A DNA stretch of 64,000 bases from Eledone cirrhosa (lineage: Eukaryota). Both the position numbers and the translations under genes were made by a program. The notes under the pieces are model-generated. The model worked only from the letters and a program-made list of their open reading frames with translations, ran no database searches and was not told where the DNA came from. Shown one piece after another: positions 13,243 to 27,300 of the stretch; position 1 is the first letter of the stretch, and each line of letters begins with the position of its first letter. The stretch covers positions 50,530,001 to 50,594,000 of the forward strand of contig OZ024744.1 of the NCBI GenBank assembly GCA_964016885.1, written 5' to 3'.

Positions 13243-13752
13243 TGTTATCTCTTTCTCTTAATTTCGAGTACATTTTTTTGACCGGCCACCTTCCTGGTGG
13301 CAAGGTTGTAAAAGAAAAGAAATTGTCATCCCTTGAATCGCAAGAATGTTTTGCAAATTTTGAAGGTGCCAGCTATCGCAGCCATTTGTAGACTATGAAT
13401 TAGGGAGCTGCGCTTTTTGTCCGCAAATCCAAGTTCAGTCATACTTTGGTCCAAGCGGGTTGGTATATAACCCGTAGCTCCAATAATGATGGGTATGAAG
13501 CTAAAGGTGTATCTTGGATACTGGATTTGTAAACTCCTCATCAATGGTCCATAGATGTCCTCCTTCTCCTGTATTTTTCTGATAACGTTTACATCAAGTG
13601 GGCAGCTGATCTCCACAACAGAACACGTTTTCAATGTGTGGTCCCAAACAACAATATCGGGCCGGTTGTGCTTTAATTTGGTGGCAGTTTTTATTTTCAG
13701 GTTCCACCAGTATTCCTTAGTGCCATCTGTCTCAATATATTCTTCCTTGTTT
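13243..13752 (-). mobile_element. 3' fragment of an RLE-type non-LTR retrotransposon (R4/Dong-like)
   Basis: [10 protein letters not shown]...[25 protein letters not shown]...IPIIIGATG is a PD-(D/E)xK restriction-like endonuclease. Stop at 13326, short 3' UTR, flanked by microsatellites. Confidence 0.8.
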
Positions 13753-13909
13753 GTATGTATATATGTATGTATATATATGTATGTATGTATATATATGTAT
13801 GTGAATATATATGTATGTATATATATATGTATATATATATGTATGTATATATGTATGTATGTATGTATATATATATGTATGTATGTATGTATATATATAT
13901 GTATGTATG

Positions 13910-13940
<31 letters not shown>

Positions 13941-13987
13941 ATATATATATATGTATGTATATATATGTGTGTATGTATGTATGTATG

Positions 13988-14530
13988 TCCCATGGTCGGG
14001 TCGTTGGCGACTAAACTGGCAACCCCACCAAGGTCTCTTGGTTAGGAGGGTGACTTTGGACATCCTGCAGGATTAAAAGCAAAACGTGTCAAATGGCAAA
14101 GGAGCTCTTAAGAGTCAATGGCCATCCAAAATTACCGGGAGAGATGACCCCTTAGCCTTTGTCAAGGCAGAATTCTGGGAGAAGGAAAACTCTGATATAA
14201 CACCTGCAACCCTGATGGTATCCAATGATGTTGACTTGTTCTTCTTTTTGGTAAATATCATATTGGTTAAGAGAGTGGGACTGGCTTTGTGCAGTGCCTT
14301 TGCCACTATAAAAGCTTCACGGCACAGGCAATGCTTTATATCTGGAGATCTCTCTGCACTTGTACCATGGGCCCAGCACTGTGTCAATAATTGTCACAAG
14401 TGTAGTGTTTGTACCAGAGTTTTCAAGTTGTTGGCTGGACTAAAGTCACACTCGTTCAGCGCATCGGTAGGGGTTCTCCTACATGGATATAAAGTAGTGG
14501 CCGTACTCGAAAACGAGTTGGCAGCCACCA
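13988..14530 (+). mobile_element. Bipartite non-autonomous RTE derivative (5' UTR-like part plus BovB-like 3' end)
   Basis: Paralog at about 38000-38570. Contains ggagaaggaaaactctga; ends with a C2H2 remnant ([17 protein letters not shown]) and a ggccgtactcg...gcagccacc tail like the one at 37893-37926. Confidence 0.65.
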
Positions 14531-14578
14531 TATATATATATGTATATATATATGTATATATATATGTATATATATATG

Positions 14579-14609
<31 letters not shown>

Positions 14610-14655
14610 GTATATATATGTATGTATATATATATGTATATATATATATATGTAT

Positions 14656-14703
<48 letters not shown>

Positions 14704-14761
14704 GTATATATGTATATATATATATGTATATATGTATATATATATATATGTATATATATAT

Positions 14762-15290
14762 ATCATCATCATCATCATCATCAACGTTTAACGTCCGTGT
14801 TCCACGCTTGCATGGGTTTGGACGGGGGTAGTCCCACTTGAGGCAAGAGTGATTGTCTTGCTCGCATAGGACTGTCTGGCAGGTTTTCTACAGTTGGATG
14901 CCCTTCCTAACACCAACCACATTTACAGTGTGGGTCTGGGAGGTTTTTACCGTGTTGCCTACACGGCCACATTACAGCGTGGACTATGTTTTTTTGTCGT
15001 GACACCTACACGATCTCATTTGTTTCGGCCTCGATGGCGCGGCACCAGCATAACTTTACATAGAACGGAGTGGTGTGGATGGGGGGGGGGGTGTATTTTG
15101 TTAGAGATGCCTACTGGCTGGAGTAGGTTTTACTATATATTTAGGTAAGGCGGGTCTTCTCTGTTACTGAGTACCGCCAAAGGTCTCGGTCCAGTGACAT
15201 TGTCTTGGAGAGGTATAAGTGTGTGATGTCGGAGTTTATCAGCTCGTCCCAGGTTTTTCTAGGTCTGCCTATTCCATGGCTACCGTCTCT
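14762..15290 (-). mobile_element. RTE family B 3' end, antisense
   Basis: Reverse complement of about 27655-28164, including the (GAT)n tail. Confidence 0.92.
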
Positions 15291-15351
15291 CTTTATATAT
15301 ATATATATATGTATATATATGTATATATATATATATGTATATATATATATG

Positions 15352-15382
<31 letters not shown>

Positions 15383-15509
15383 GTATATATATGTATATGT
15401 ATATATATGTATATATATGTATATATATATATATGTATATATATATATGTATATGTATATATATGTATATATATATATATGTATATATATATATGTATAT
15501 ATATATATG

Positions 15510-15556
<47 letters not shown>

Positions 15557-15559
<3 letters not shown>

Positions 15560-18207
15560 ATCTCTCTCAGTTATTTACCATGCGACCCTCAGTTCCTACC
15601 CCCCCCCCCCCTCTATGCACTTCTTTAAGGCTTACTACCCTGTCTTTAACCTAATTCATTCAATCTGAAAATATTGAAGAGATAAGACACTTTCCCATTC
15701 TTCTCTGCTAAAATGTATCACTAGAGCTGATTCCAATTTTCCCAGCCAGCCATCCATCTAATCTACGAAGGTATTTTAGCCTACATATTGTCGTTAATAT
15801 TATGATGTTCCCTGCTGTATTAGCGTTAAATTTTCCCTGCTGTATTAGCGATAAATTTTCGAGGGTTTCTCTTAGTAGTTTTTTTCATGACGTTATTATT
15901 GTTAATTTTACTGATGTAGTATTAACTTGGATATTTACCATGCGACCCTCAGTTCCTACCCCCCCCCCTCTCTATGCACTTCTTTAAGGCTTACTACCCT
16001 GTCTTTAACCTAATTCATTCAATCTGAAAATATTGAAGAGATAAGACACTTTCCCATTCTTCTCTGCTAAAATGTATCACTAGAGCTGATTCCAATTTTC
16101 CCAGCCAGCCATCCATCTAATCTACGAAGGTATTTTAGCCTACATATTGTCGTTAATATTATGATGTTCCCTGCTGTATTAGCGTTAAATTTTCCCTGCT
16201 GTATTAGCGATAAATTTTCGAGGGTTTCTCTTAGTAGTTTTTTTCATGACGTTATTATTGTTAATTTTACTGATGTAGTATTAACTTGGATATTTACCAT
16301 GCGACCCTCAGTTCCTACCCCCCCTCTCTATGCACTTCTTTAAGGCTTACTACCCTGTCTTTAACCTAATTCATTCAATCTGAAAATATTGAAGAGATAA
16401 GACACTTTCCCATTCTTCTCTGCTAAAATGTATCACTAGTGCTGATTCCAATTTTCCCAGCCAGCCATCCATCTAATCTACGAAGGTATTTTAGCCTACA
16501 TATTGTCGTTAATATTATGATGTTCCCTGCTGTATTAGCGTTAAATTTTCCCTGCTGCATTAGCGATAAATTTTCGAGGGTTTCTCTTAGTAGTTTTTTT
16601 CATGACGTTATTATTGTTAATTTTACTGATGTAGTATTAACTTATTAACTTGGATATTTACCATGCGGTATTCTAATCCTATTGTATCTCTCTCAGTTAT
16701 TTACCATGCGACCCTCAGTTCCTACCCCCCCCTCTCTATGCACTTCTTTAAGGCTTACTACCCTGTCTTTAACCTAATTCATTCAATCTGAAAATATTGA
16801 AGAGATAAGACACTTTCCCATTCTTCTCTGCTAAAATGTATCACTAGAGCTGATTCCAATTTTCCCAGCCAGCCATCCATCTAATCTACGAAGGTATTTT
16901 AGCCTACATATTGTCGTTAATATTATGATGTTCCCTGCTGTATTAGCGTTAAATTTTCCCTGCTGTATTAGCGATAAATTTTCGAGGGTTTCTCTTAGTA
17001 GTTTTTTTCATGACGTTATTATTGTTAATTTTACTGATGTAGTATTAACTTATTAACTTGGATATTTACCATGCGGTATTCTAATCCTATTGTATCTCTC
17101 TCAGTTATTTACCATGCGACCCTCAGTTCCTACCCCCCCCTCTCTATGCACTTCTTTAAGGCTTACTACCCTGTCTTTAACCTAATTCATTCAATCTGAA
17201 AATATTGAAGAGATAAGACACTTTCCCATTCTTCTCTGCTAAAATGTATCACTAGAGCTGATTCCAATTTTCCCAGCCAGCCATCCATCTAATCTACGAA
17301 GGTATTTTAGCCTACATATTGTCGTTAATATTATGATGTTCCCTGCTGTATTAGCGTTAAATTTTCCCTGCTGTATTAGCGATAAATTTTCGAGGGTTTC
17401 TCTTAGTAGTTTTTTTCATGACGTTATTATTGTTAATTTTACTGATGTAGTATTAACTTGGATATTTACCATGCGACCCTCAGTTCCTACCCCCCCCTCT
17501 CTATGCACTTCTTTAAGGCTTACTACCCTGTCTTTAACCTAATTCATTCAATCTGAAAATATTGAAGAGATAAGACACTTTCCCATTCTTCTCTGCTAAA
17601 ATGTATCACTAGAGCTGATTCCAATTTTCCCAGCCAGCCATCCATCTAATCTACGAAGGTATTTTAGCCTACATATTGTCGTTAATATTATGATGTTCCC
17701 TGCTGTATTAGCGTTAAATTTTCCCTGCTGTATTAGCGATAAATTTTCGAGGGTTTCTCTTAGTAGTTTTTTTCATGACGTTATTATTGTTAATTTTACT
17801 GATGTAGTATTAACTTGGATATTTACCATGCGACCCTCAGTTCCTACCCCCCCCCCTCTCTATGCACTTCTTTAAGGCTTACTACCCTGTCTTTAACCTA
17901 ATTCATTCAATCTGAAAATATTGAAGAGATAAGACACTTTCCCATTCTTCTCTGCTAAAATGTATCACTAGAGCTGATTCCAATTTTCCCAGCCAGCCAT
18001 CCATCTAATCTACGAAGGTATTTTAGCCTACATATTGTCGTTAATATTATGATGTTCCCTGCTGTATTAGCGTTAAATTTTCCCTGCTGTATTAGCGATA
18101 AATTTTCGAGGGTTTCTCTTAGTAGTTTTTTTCATGACGTTATTATTGTTAATTTTACTGATGTAGTATTAACTTGGATATTTACCATGCGACCCTCAGT
18201 TCCTACC
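15557..18207. repeat. Tandem array of 7 near-identical ~357-408 bp monomers plus a partial unit
   Basis: Unit starts (atttaccatgcgaccctcag) at about 15573, 15933, 16292, 16699, 17107, 17464, 17821 and 18180. Internal 25-bp direct repeat ttccctgctgtattagcg(t/a)taaatt. Confidence 0.95.
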
Positions 18208-21200
18208 TCACAATTTCCCTCCCCCCCACCCCCACACACCACTATAGTCTATTCGACCAATCAAACCTAGCATGCCATTTCCACTGCTGCTGCTGCTACT
18301 ACCTGCCTAACTAACTCTCTCCTCCTCTGGCGCATCCCAACACACCCTGCCATTACCCCACCACCACTGTCCTTCTAGCCCTCAATTTTCCCACCGTTAT
18401 GGATGGATGAGCTGGGAATACACGAGCAACTCTGAATCAATAGATGAAATATGAATCTGCGAGCTACCAAGCACCCACGTGAAGCGCCAACCCAGAGACC
18501 CTCCCCTACGAGTGTCGACAAATGCCCAAAACTCCGAGTTGGTACCATCAATGTAGGCTCAATGAAAGGAAGAGCAGGAGAAATCGTAGAAATGCTAGAG
18601 CGAAAGGAAGTTGATGTATGCTGTGTGCAAGAGACTAGATGGAGAGGAGGGTCTGCTAGAGTCCTTGTAGGAAAAAGCCAGTGCTACAAATTTTTCTGGG
18701 TGGGAAATGACGATGGGATGGGTGGTGTAGGTATACTATTAGCTGACAAGTGGGTAGATAAAGTAATCTCAGTGTACAGGGTAAATGCAAGAATCATTAA
18801 ACTCAGACTAGTCCTGAATAAGACAATTACCACAATAATATCAGCTTACGCACCCCAATCGGGGCTGCCAGACGAACTTAAGGATAGGTTTTACGAGTCC
18901 CTAATACACACTACTGCTCTAACAGACGACAAGGACTTCCTAATCATTGCAGGAGATTTTAACGGACACGTAGGTAAACACTGCGACGGCTTCAATAGAG
19001 TACATGGAGGCCATGGAGTTGGCACAAGGAATGAGGAAGGATTCAGACTTCTAGAATTCTGCGACGCCAATGACATGTCGATATGTAACACAAACTTTAA
19101 AAAACCCGACAACCACCTGATCACCTATAGATCAGGGGAGCACTCTAGTCAGTTAGATTTTATCCTCATCAGAGGACGTGACAGATGGACGGTCGTAAAC
19201 ACAAAAGCCTTCCCTAGTGAGGAATGTACATCCCAACATAGCTTAGTTGTCAGCGACCTCACGGTCAGAACTAGACGAGCCCTGAAACAGAGGCCAACCT
19301 GGAGAAGAAAGATCTGGAAGCTGAAAGTCCCCTCAACCAGTAACAGATTTAAAGATATTTTACTCAACGCCTACGACAGTAAAGAAGAACAGATAGAGAC
19401 ATTTAACGTAGAAGAGAACTGGGAGTTCCTAAAAAATAACTTACTAGAGGCGACGGATGAGGTTTGTGGCTGGAGTAAGACCTCAAGCAGGAGGAGAGTG
19501 ACTTGGTGGTGGAACAATAAGGTAGATGAAGCAGTCAAGGCCAAGAGACAGGCATGGAAAGAATGGAAGAACGGGGGGAGCAGGGTACATTACATAGAGA
19601 CCAAGAGGGAAGCTAGGCGACAAGTATACTTAGCTAGGAGGGAAGCAGAGGATAGAAAATTCAAGCATGTTTTACAACGTGAGGACCAGAAACAGGAGGT
19701 ATTCAAGATTGCGAGGCAGTGTGTCAGAGATAGTTGTGATGTCATTGGAGAGAAGTGTATCCGGAATGATAAAGGTGAGCTTGCCCTCACAAGTGCTGAG
19801 AAGAAAGATGCATGGAAGAGTCATTATGATAGATTACTAAATGAGGAGAATGCATGGGAAGAAGAGACCCTACCCCACGTAGACCCTATAGAGGGACCAG
19901 CAGTACAAGTCAGCGGCAGCGTAGTAAGTAAGGCAATCAGAGATATGAAGATAGGGAAGGCAACCGGTCCATCGGGTATAGCTGCCGAGATGCTGAAGGC
20001 ATCTGGGTCTGTAGGTCACACTATAACCACACGTATCGTTAACCAGGTAATACTAGAGGGGGCCATACCAAAAGATTGGTGCAGTAGCATCATTGTCAAC
20101 TGCTACAAAGGTAAAGGCGATGCACTAGATAGAGGAAACTATAGAGGTATAAAGTTGATGGACCAGGTCATGAAAGTAACAGAAAGAGTTATAGCACAGC
20201 TGATTAGGGACCGGGTGAATATAGACGAGATGCAATTTGGGTTTGTACCAGGGAAAGGCACCACTGATGCGCTCTTCCTTGTGAGGCAATTACAGGAAAA
20301 GTACCTAGCTAAAAGTAAGCCACTCTACTTGGCATTTGTCGACCTTGAGAAAGCCTTTGACAGAGTTCCACGTGCAGTAATCTGGTGGGCTCTTAGAAAA
20401 CTAGGAGTAGATGAATGGCTTGTGAAAGCGGTACAAGCCATGTATAGGGGAGCAGTCAGCAAAGTTAGGATTGGCAATGAGTATAGCGAGGAATTTAGCG
20501 TACAGGTTGGGGTCCACCAGGGCTCTGTTCTTAGCCCTCTCCTGTTCATCATAGTCCTGCAGGCAATAACGGAGGAGTTTAAGACCGGATGCCCATGGGA
20601 ACTCCTGTATGCTGATAACCTCGCACTCATAGCTGAATCTATGGTAGAACTAGAGAATAAATTCCAAACCTGGAAGCAGGGACTAGAGAGAAAGGGCCTC
20701 AAAGTCAACATGACAAAGACTAAGGTCCTTATAAGTAGACGAGAAAACAGAACCCAGATCCCCTCAGGGAAATGGCCTTGCTCAGTATGTAGGAAAGGTG
20801 TAGGTAGGAACTCCATTCTCTGCCCCAAATGCAAACAATGGGTACACAAGAGATGTAGCGGGATCTCAGGAAGCTTAATTAAGAATGTAGGATTCACATG
20901 CAGCAGCTGTGCTGAAACAGCAAGCAAACAGCCACAGGAAACAAGTACCACCAATCTCTGGGAGGGCCCTGTAGAAACAGTAGACAGCTTCTGCTACCTA
21001 GGTGACCGAATTAGCAACGGAGGTGGGTGCTCAGAAAGTACAATAACTAGGGTAAGAACGGGATAGAAGAAGTTTAGGGAACTACTACCACTGCTAGCTG
21101 CAAAAGGCTTCTCCCTCAGAATGAAAGGCAGACTGTATGATGCGTGTATCCGAACAGCGATGTTGCATGGTAGTGAGACCTGGGCGCTGAAGGTGGAAGA

Positions 21201-21873
21201 CTTACGTAGATTAGAGAGAAACGAAGCCTGCATGCTCCGATGGATGTGTAACAGTAATATACGTGAACGACAAAGCATAAAGGAATTGAGAGAGAGACTG
21301 AGCATAAGAGGAATCAAATGCTGCGTGCAGGAGAGGCGGTTATGCTGGTATGGACATGTGATGCGTATGAAGGATGACAGCTGCATAAAAAGGTGCAGAG
21401 CACTAGAAGTTGATGGAAACCGCGGAGTGGGGAGACCCAAGATGACTTGGGATGAGGTGATAAAAGCCGACCTTACCCAACTACACCTCTCAAAGTCAAT
21501 GACACACGACCGTGACTTCTGGCGTCACGCAGTAATACAGGGTACCCGACCTCCCATGGGTACATGCTGAAGCATATAAACAATATGCCCCCCCCCCCCC
21601 CCCACCGCAAGGTGGTCGTGGAGGTGCCACGGCAAAAAAGCACCCAGCCCACACTGTAAAGTGGACGTGTAGGCGCCACGAAAAAGCACCCAGCACTCAC
21701 TGTAAATGAGGTTGGTGTTAGGAAGGGCATCCAGCTGTAGAAATCAAGCCAGATCAGTTCTTGTATGAGCAAGGCATGGTCAGCCGACCAGACACTGCCC
21801 ACAACAGGACAACCCGTCTAACCCATGCTAGCGTGGAAGAACGGACGTAAAACGGTGATGATGATGATGATGA
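18208..21873 (+). mobile_element. Full-length RTE LINE family A, recently inactivated
   Basis: APE (GTINVG, QETRW, SAYAPQ, GDFNGH), RT, PHD insert, 3' UTR and (GAT)n tail. Confidence 0.95.
18451..21570 (+). pseudogene. RTE APE-RT polyprotein with one nonsense codon (TGG to TAG at 21064-21066) and catalytic YADD changed to YADN
   Basis: ORFs 18451-21066 and 21121-21570 are in the same frame; paralogs have TGG and YADD at these sites. Confidence 0.9.
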
Positions 21874-21883
21874 TCTACATATA

Positions 21884-21934
<51 letters not shown>

Positions 21935-21950
21935 CTACATATATATATAT

Positions 21951-22118
21951 TGTTATACTTTGGGAGGGTCATGTTGCCAATAAGAAACACACGCACCAGT
22001 TGCTTTCACTTCAATTTATTATATATTTATAAATTTACAAATTTATAAATTTATAAATTCTGGTTGGTTGGTTGGTTCCACAACCAGATAGTTGTTTATA
22101 TATAGTCATAGTCCTTTC
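21951..22118 (-). mobile_element. Possible truncated solo LTR
   Basis: Minus strand has TATATAAA, then AATAAA, and ends ...gtataaca next to (TA)n. Confidence 0.35.
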
Positions 22119-23666
<1,548 letters not shown>

Positions 23667-23668
23667 TA

Positions 23669-24331
23669 TTGTCGTATTGAACAGAACAAATCTTGCAGTT
23701 TTGCTTTTTGTTAAATCGCTTGTTAAACATTCATAACCTTCCAGCTCATCAATTCATTAATTCTATCGTATTCTCCAATTCCTTAATTCTATCGTATCGT
23801 CCAATTCCTTAATTCTATCGTATTCTCAAACAAAAAACAAAATCCTTCCCATTCTACTTATAAATTACTTTAAATATATATAGTATGCTACTTGAAAGTC
23901 AAAAATCCGCTCCACCCCTTCACCCTCCTGCTACTCCACGAGGGGCTGCGGTCAGCCACAATATCTCTCCCCCTCCCCCCCCCCCCTCTCTTTCTTCCCC
24001 TCTATCTCTCTCTTAGCTACACACACACACACATATATATATATAAGATAAGTTCTCCTTCATGTTTATTCACTTTCGCCAATCCACCGCTGCTTCAATT
24101 ATTTCTACTATGGTGTACTCATGTAAATCGTAAAGTACAAATTTTTCTCTATCCATTCCACGCTCAATTTCGTACATAGTCCAAACATCCAATCTCGCAA
24201 AATCCGAAATCTGTATTTTTTGTTATCTATTTAAGGTTTAAATACGGTGTTTTTGTCGTATTGAACAGAACAAATCTTGCAGTTTTGCTTTTTGTTAAAT
24301 CGCTTGTTAAACATTCATAACCTTCCAGCTA
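23669..24331. repeat. ~78-bp direct repeat pair (period 585 bp) directly upstream of the intact RTE
   Basis: tgtcgtattgaacagaacaaatc...accttccagct at about 23669 and 24254. Confidence 0.85.
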
Positions 24332-27300
24332 GCTACCCCACACCCCGCCCTCCCGCCCCCACACGCCACCATACTTAATACGTGGACCAATCATAAGCCA
24401 GAGCCCCCCCCCCCCCCCCACGCATCACCATCATTATTATAAGCCAGAGCCCCCCACCCCCACGCATCACCATTATTATTATTACGCGGACCAAATCATA
24501 AGCCAGAGGCCTATACTATCGCTTGCCCGGTTGCCTTCGATATATGATGGATGGATGGATGGATGGACGAACGGACTGCGGAATCCTGGAGAGTGGAAGG
24601 GAGAGAAAAATCTGGACGCTCAGAGCGAAAATGCCAAAGTTAAAGTCAAATTCACCTCGTGGACGAGAATGCGAGGACTCTTCTTTGTTTCGTCCGCGGA
24701 TGGCTAACATAACCCTATCTCCTCCCGCCCCCCACCACCCCCACCCTCCAAACGCAACCCAAAACTTCAGAGTTGGTACCATAAATGTAGGCACCCTAAA
24801 GGGTCGCGCTAACGAGGTTGTAGAAATGCTTGAACGTAAGGAGGTCGATGTTTGTTGTATTCAAGAGACCAGGTGGAGGGGTGGGTCTGCTAGATTCATT
24901 GAGGGTAAAAAACGATGTTATAAGCTTTTCTGGGTGGGAAACGACGATGGGCTGGGTGGAGTAGGAATCATGGTAGCAGAAAAGTGGGCAGATAAGATAA
25001 TAGACGTAAATAGAGTGAACGACAGAATAATTAAAATAAGACTTGTCCTCAATAGAACTACGGTGACAGTAATATCTGCGTACGCACCCCAATCCGGACT
25101 GCCCGGCACTATAAAAGACAGATTCTATGAGACACTGTTGCTAACTACCTCCCAAATATCTGACAGTGACTATATAATTATTGCAGGCGACCTAAATGGT
25201 CACGTTGGACAACATTGTGACGGCTACGACGAAATCCATGGAGGCTATGGGTTTGGTACTAGAAATGAGGAAGGCTCCAGAATCCTGGAATACTGTGATG
25301 CAAATAACCTAACTATCTGTAACACTAACTTCAAAAAACGTGACAATCACCTGATCACCTATAGATCCGGGGAACACACAAGCCAGGTAGATTATATCCT
25401 TACCAGAAGACGTGACAGAGTGTCTGTTGTAAACACTAAATCCCTCCCCCATGAAGAATGCACCTCCCAACATAGACTGATAATTAGCGACCTCATAGTC
25501 AGGACGAGACGTACCCGACAGCAGAAGAGGACTATCCTCAGGAGGAAAATATGGAAACTAAAGGACCCCACAGCCAGAAATAAATTTCAAAGCATATTAC
25601 TTGATGCTTTCGACAGTAAGGAAGAGCATCTAGAATCGGACAATATAGAGGGACAGTGGAAATTTCTGAAAGCAAACCTGCTGTTGGCGACAGACGAAGT
25701 CTGTGGCTGGAGCAGGCCTGTAGGCAGGAGGAGAGTAACATGGTGGTGGAACAATAGGGTGGAGGGGTCAATTAAGGCCAAAAAGCAGGCTTGGAAAGTA
25801 TGGCGGGATGGGGGAAGTAGAGTAGACTATCAAGTGGCCAGGAGGGAAGCTAGGAGAGAAGTGTACTTAGCAAGAAGGGAAGCTGAGGAAAGAAAGTTCA
25901 AGCATGTTCTACAACGCGATGACCAAAAACGTGAGGTGTTCAGGATTGCCAGGCAATGCGTCAAGGAAAACCGTGATATTGTCGGGGAGAAGTGTGTACT
26001 TAACGATGATGGCATACTTGCCATCACCGACACTGATAAGAAGGTAGCTTGGAAGTGTCACTATGAAAGGCTACTAAATGAGGAGAATAAATGGGAGAAA
26101 GACAGTCTCCCCCATATCGACCCGATAGAGGGACCAGCAGTGTTAGTCGAGGGGAGTATAATAAGTAAGGCAATCAAGGGTATGAAGACTGGTAAGGCGG
26201 CTGGGCCTTCGGAAATAGTTGCTGAGATGCTGAAGGCATCTGGCACGGTGGGACACACCATGGTCACCCGCATAGTTAACCAAGTCGTACAGAATGGGGT
26301 TGTTCCGAAGGACTGGCATAGCAGCATCATCGTTAACTGTTATAAGGGTAAAGGAGACGCCCTAGATAGGAGTAACTATAGAGGCATTAAATTAATCGAC
26401 CAGGTCATGAAGGTCACGGAAAAAGTAATAGCGCAACTAATCAGAGAGAGAATTGATCTAGATGAAATGCAGTTCGGGTTTGTGTCAGGCAAAAGCACCA
26501 CAGACGCTCTTTTCATAGTACGACAACTACAGGAGAAGTACCTAGCTAAAGGTAAACCCCTCTACTTAGCTTTTGTCGACCTGGAGAAAGCCTTCGACAG
26601 AGTCCCCCGCTCCATTATCTGGTGGGCTCTTAGAAAACTAGGCGTTGACGAATGGCTTGTGAGGGCTATACAAGCCATGTATAAAGAAACAGTCAGCAAG
26701 GTTAGAATTAACAACGAATATAGTGAAGAGTTTAGCGTAAAAGTTGGCGTCCATCAGGGCTCTGTTCTCAGCCCCCTACTATTTATTATTGCCCTTCAGG
26801 CTATAACAGAGGAGTTCAAGACAGGTTGCCCATGGGAACTCCTATACGCAGACGACCTGACACTCATAGCGGAATCAATGGCCGAGCTAGAGAAGAAATT
26901 CCAAACTTGGAAGCACGGCCTAGAGTCAAAAGGACTTAAAATTAACCTGGCTAAGACCAAAGTTCTAGTTTGTAGGAAAGAAAACAAGGCGGCGGTCCCT
27001 TCTGGGAAATGGTCGTGCTCGGTATGTAGGAAAGGCGTAGGTAGAAACTCCATCTTATGTCCTAAATGCAAAGTATGGGTGCATAAAAGATGTAGTGGGA
27101 TCACAGGTAAGCTAACTAAGAACATAGACTTTACATGTGGCCGGTGTTCTGGTGCAATAAGTAGCAGCAAGTGCCCACAAAATACTAGCTCTTTCAATTG
27201 CGCAGAGGGTTCTATAGAAATAGTGGACAGCTTCCGTTACCTGGGCGATAAAATCAGCAGTGGGGGAGGGTGCTCTGAAAGTACTGTAGCTAGAGTCAGA

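Noticed and set aside
15802-18270. Repeated 60-73 aa ORFs (MMFPAVLALNF...)
   Set aside because: By-products of the tandem monomer; ends vary with poly-C length and no domain is recognisable. I also found no hammerhead core in the monomer.
20325-21440. Antisense ORFs over RTE copies
   Set aside because: Shadow frames of the RT coding strand, repeated only because the elements are paralogous.
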